This document shows positions 61,613 to 64,000 of a stretch of DNA of 64,000 nt, piece after piece. A program made the translations under genes and the position numbers. How positions within the stretch are numbered: position 1 is the first letter of the stretch; every line of letters begins with the position of its first letter. The notes beneath the pieces were generated by a model. The model was not told the origin of the DNA. It was given only the letters and a program-made list of their open reading frames with translations, and did no database searches. Source of the DNA: the human T2T-CHM13v2.0 reference genome, Homo sapiens; assembly GCF_009914755.1 (NCBI RefSeq), contig NC_060931.1; one strand, written 5' to 3'.

Positions 61613-62214
61613 AATCATGAATCAAGGGAAGGAGGTACTCGGAGGGAGGATGATCAGGAGTGGGGTCAAGGGAGGTCCCTCTAAAGCAGGATCTGTGAGT
61701 TGAAAAGGAGCCAGATGGGGGACGCTGAGGGAAGGATGTTCCAGACAGAGGAAACCATGCAGCAAAATCCCTGGGCCTGCAAGGCTTGGTGTCCTTGAGG
61801 AGACAGAGGCCGCTGTGGCTGGAAAGAGTTGGGGGTGGGGTAAGTTGCTTGGGATGGGATAGTTAACAGGAAAGACAGGGAAAATAGAAACATTTTAAAC
61901 AATACATGGGAACATACTTATTAAAATACAGACTGTGGGAATAGTTTCACAACACATAATTTACAAAGACCCAGTTTCACAAGACATAATTTACAAAGGA
62001 AAAAAAGTAGAGGGGAAACCTACAGATGAAGAGACTTAAGAAGCCATACCAAAACTGTGGAGCAATGTACAGAGCCCTCATGCATGGTCGGAGGGATTGT
62101 ACAATGGTGCTTGTTGGCAGTGGTGGCAATCCTGGACTTTGGGGTAGCCGTGTTGTGTCAAAGAACATGCCCCCATCCTCATGCACCTCATTCACTTGTG
62201 TGCTGAATAGTGTC

Positions 62215-63057
62215 TGTTATACAGTGAATTGCGTCCCCCTAAAAGTTATGTTGGAGTCCTAACCCTCAGAATATATCTGTATTAGCATTCTCCAGAAAAA
62301 GAGAACCAATGGGAAGATAGATGATAGATAGATAGATAGATAGATAGATAGACAGACAGATAGAGATTTATTTTAAGGATTTGTTTCATATGATTATGGA
62401 GGCTCAGCAAGTCCACAATCTGCAGGGCAGGCCAACAGGCTGGAGACCCAAGGAAAAGGCCGATGTTGCCATTTGGGTCCAAAGGCAGTCTGCTGGCAGA
62501 ATTCCTTCTTGCTCAGGGAAGGTCAATCTTTGTTTTATTGAGGCCTTCAACTGATTGAATAAGACCTATGCACATTATAGAGGCAAATCTGTTTTAAAGA
62601 CCACTGGCTTAAATATTAATTTCTTGTAAAAATTGACTTCACAGAAGTGTGCTGAACAACATTTGACCACATATCTGAGTACCATGGCCTAGCCAAGTTG
62701 ATACACAAAATTAATCATCACATGGAATTAGTTAAGTCTGAGTGCAGTTGTTAAGGTGGGCACTAAGCCAATATGACTGGTGTCCTTACAAAAGGGGAGA
62801 TTTGGATACAGAGACAGAAACACACACAGGGAGAAGCATGCCATGTCTTCGATGAAGGTTGAGACCAGGGTGAGGACAGCAAACCACCAGGAGCTAGGAA
62901 AGAGGTGTGCCCAGATTCTCTGCACAGCCTTGAAAAAGAATCAACACTACCAACACCTTGATCTCAGACCTCAAGCCTCAAGAACTATGGGACAATAAAT
63001 TTCTGTTGTTTAAGCCATCCAGTTTGTGGCACTTTGTTCACTCTAGTGAACGAATAT
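62215..63057 (+). mobile_element. MLT1B-like LTR split by an MLT2
   Basis: 5' part 62215-62277; resumes at 62723 with aatatgactggtgtcctta...aataaatttctgttgtttaagcca. Confidence 0.8.
62278..62722 (-). mobile_element. MLT2 (ERVL) solo LTR containing a (GATA)n/(GACA)n STR at about 62317-62362
   Basis: tgtattag...ttctccagaaa; ggcctagccaagttgatacacaaaattaatcatcaca end. Confidence 0.88.
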
Positions 63058-64000
63058 AGCTTTCCATAATCCAAACAGTACAGAAACAGAGAACAAGACA
63101 CCAAACTCCTAGGCTCCAGAAGGCATTAGCCGGGCATAGACAGAAGAAAAATCTGAAAGAAGATGTGAGCAGGCAATGCCCATTTCTACCTGCGTGCTCT
63201 CCATCCACATCCTCCCTGGCTTCTGGACAAACAGATAAAGCCCTCAGACTGAGTGGAGAGAGGAGAGTTGAAGAGGGAGTAAGAGAGTTGGATGCAATGT
63301 GGAAGGCGTACATCCTCCCTATCCTCTGACAATAGCGAACTCACAGAGGCGGGCATGTCTGGGGAGCACCTTTAAATGTGAGGATAAACTCCAGGGAGAC
63401 TACATCTGATCCATTGTTGTGTGTCAGCAGTGGGTAGAAATGACGTCACCGCACATGGGGCCAGAGGCTATCCTGAGTTTTCCATATCCCTAAAGGGGTG
63501 TGTCAGCCATTAGAAAACACCCAAGGCTCCTGCGTGAGGACACACAGAAGATACTTGGGAGACAGCAAGCCTGTGAGGCCTGGAAACCAGGATGAAGGGA
63601 CCCTATGTGGGGAAGGCGCAGTTCACCGTCAGGACTGCAGGAAGCCTGGGAGGACGCCATGGAGACCTGCAGGTCTCTGAGGCAGGGTGATGGTGTGTCA
63701 GAAGCAGCAGGCCAGCAGAGCACCAAGAAGGGGGTGCCCTCTCCCCACGCCCTCACGCAGCCCTCAACACTGTGTGGGCAAGTGGGAATTCAGCCAGACA
63801 TCAGTGTCAATCTCAGAGATACAAGGAAAGAGGACGAAGAAAATCTGAACTGTAACTCAGTTCTAAAACCAGATGCCCGGGAAGTTGCTGGATCTGACTC
63901 GGTCTACCTGAAAATAGCGAATTTGAGTTTTCCGCAATGGTCTGAGAAAGCTCAAGATGAAAAGTAAGGCTGGAAACAGGAAAAATAAAGTTATCTTTTG

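Overview
Primate (human-like) non-coding genomic DNA, dense in interspersed repeats: about 22 Alus including human-specific AluYb8 and AluYa5, plus L1, L2, MIR, CR1/L3, MaLR/ERV LTRs and hAT/Tigger DNA transposons. I found no convincing protein-coding exon, RNA gene or CpG island, and I could not identify the host locus. The long ORFs in the track come from Alus, microsatellites or decayed transposons. The main hidden structure is a heavily decayed Ty3/Gypsy LTR retrotransposon of the sushi/chromovirus type (PEG10/RTL1-like) on the minus strand at about 33880-43860. Hand translation recovers these motifs in the correct order: gag-like, protease-RT linker, RT, RNase H, integrase. Candidate LTRs lie at both ends. 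The element splits a CR1/L3 host and is itself broken by about ten younger insertions. Other notable items are a textbook twin-primed L1PA insertion, a probable inverted L1PB, a 41-nt Alu insertion, a perfect 61-bp duplication, an internally inverted TA-rich array and a few candidate spliced exons. Repeat family names come from recalled consensus sequences, not a database search, and boundaries of old repeats are approximate.
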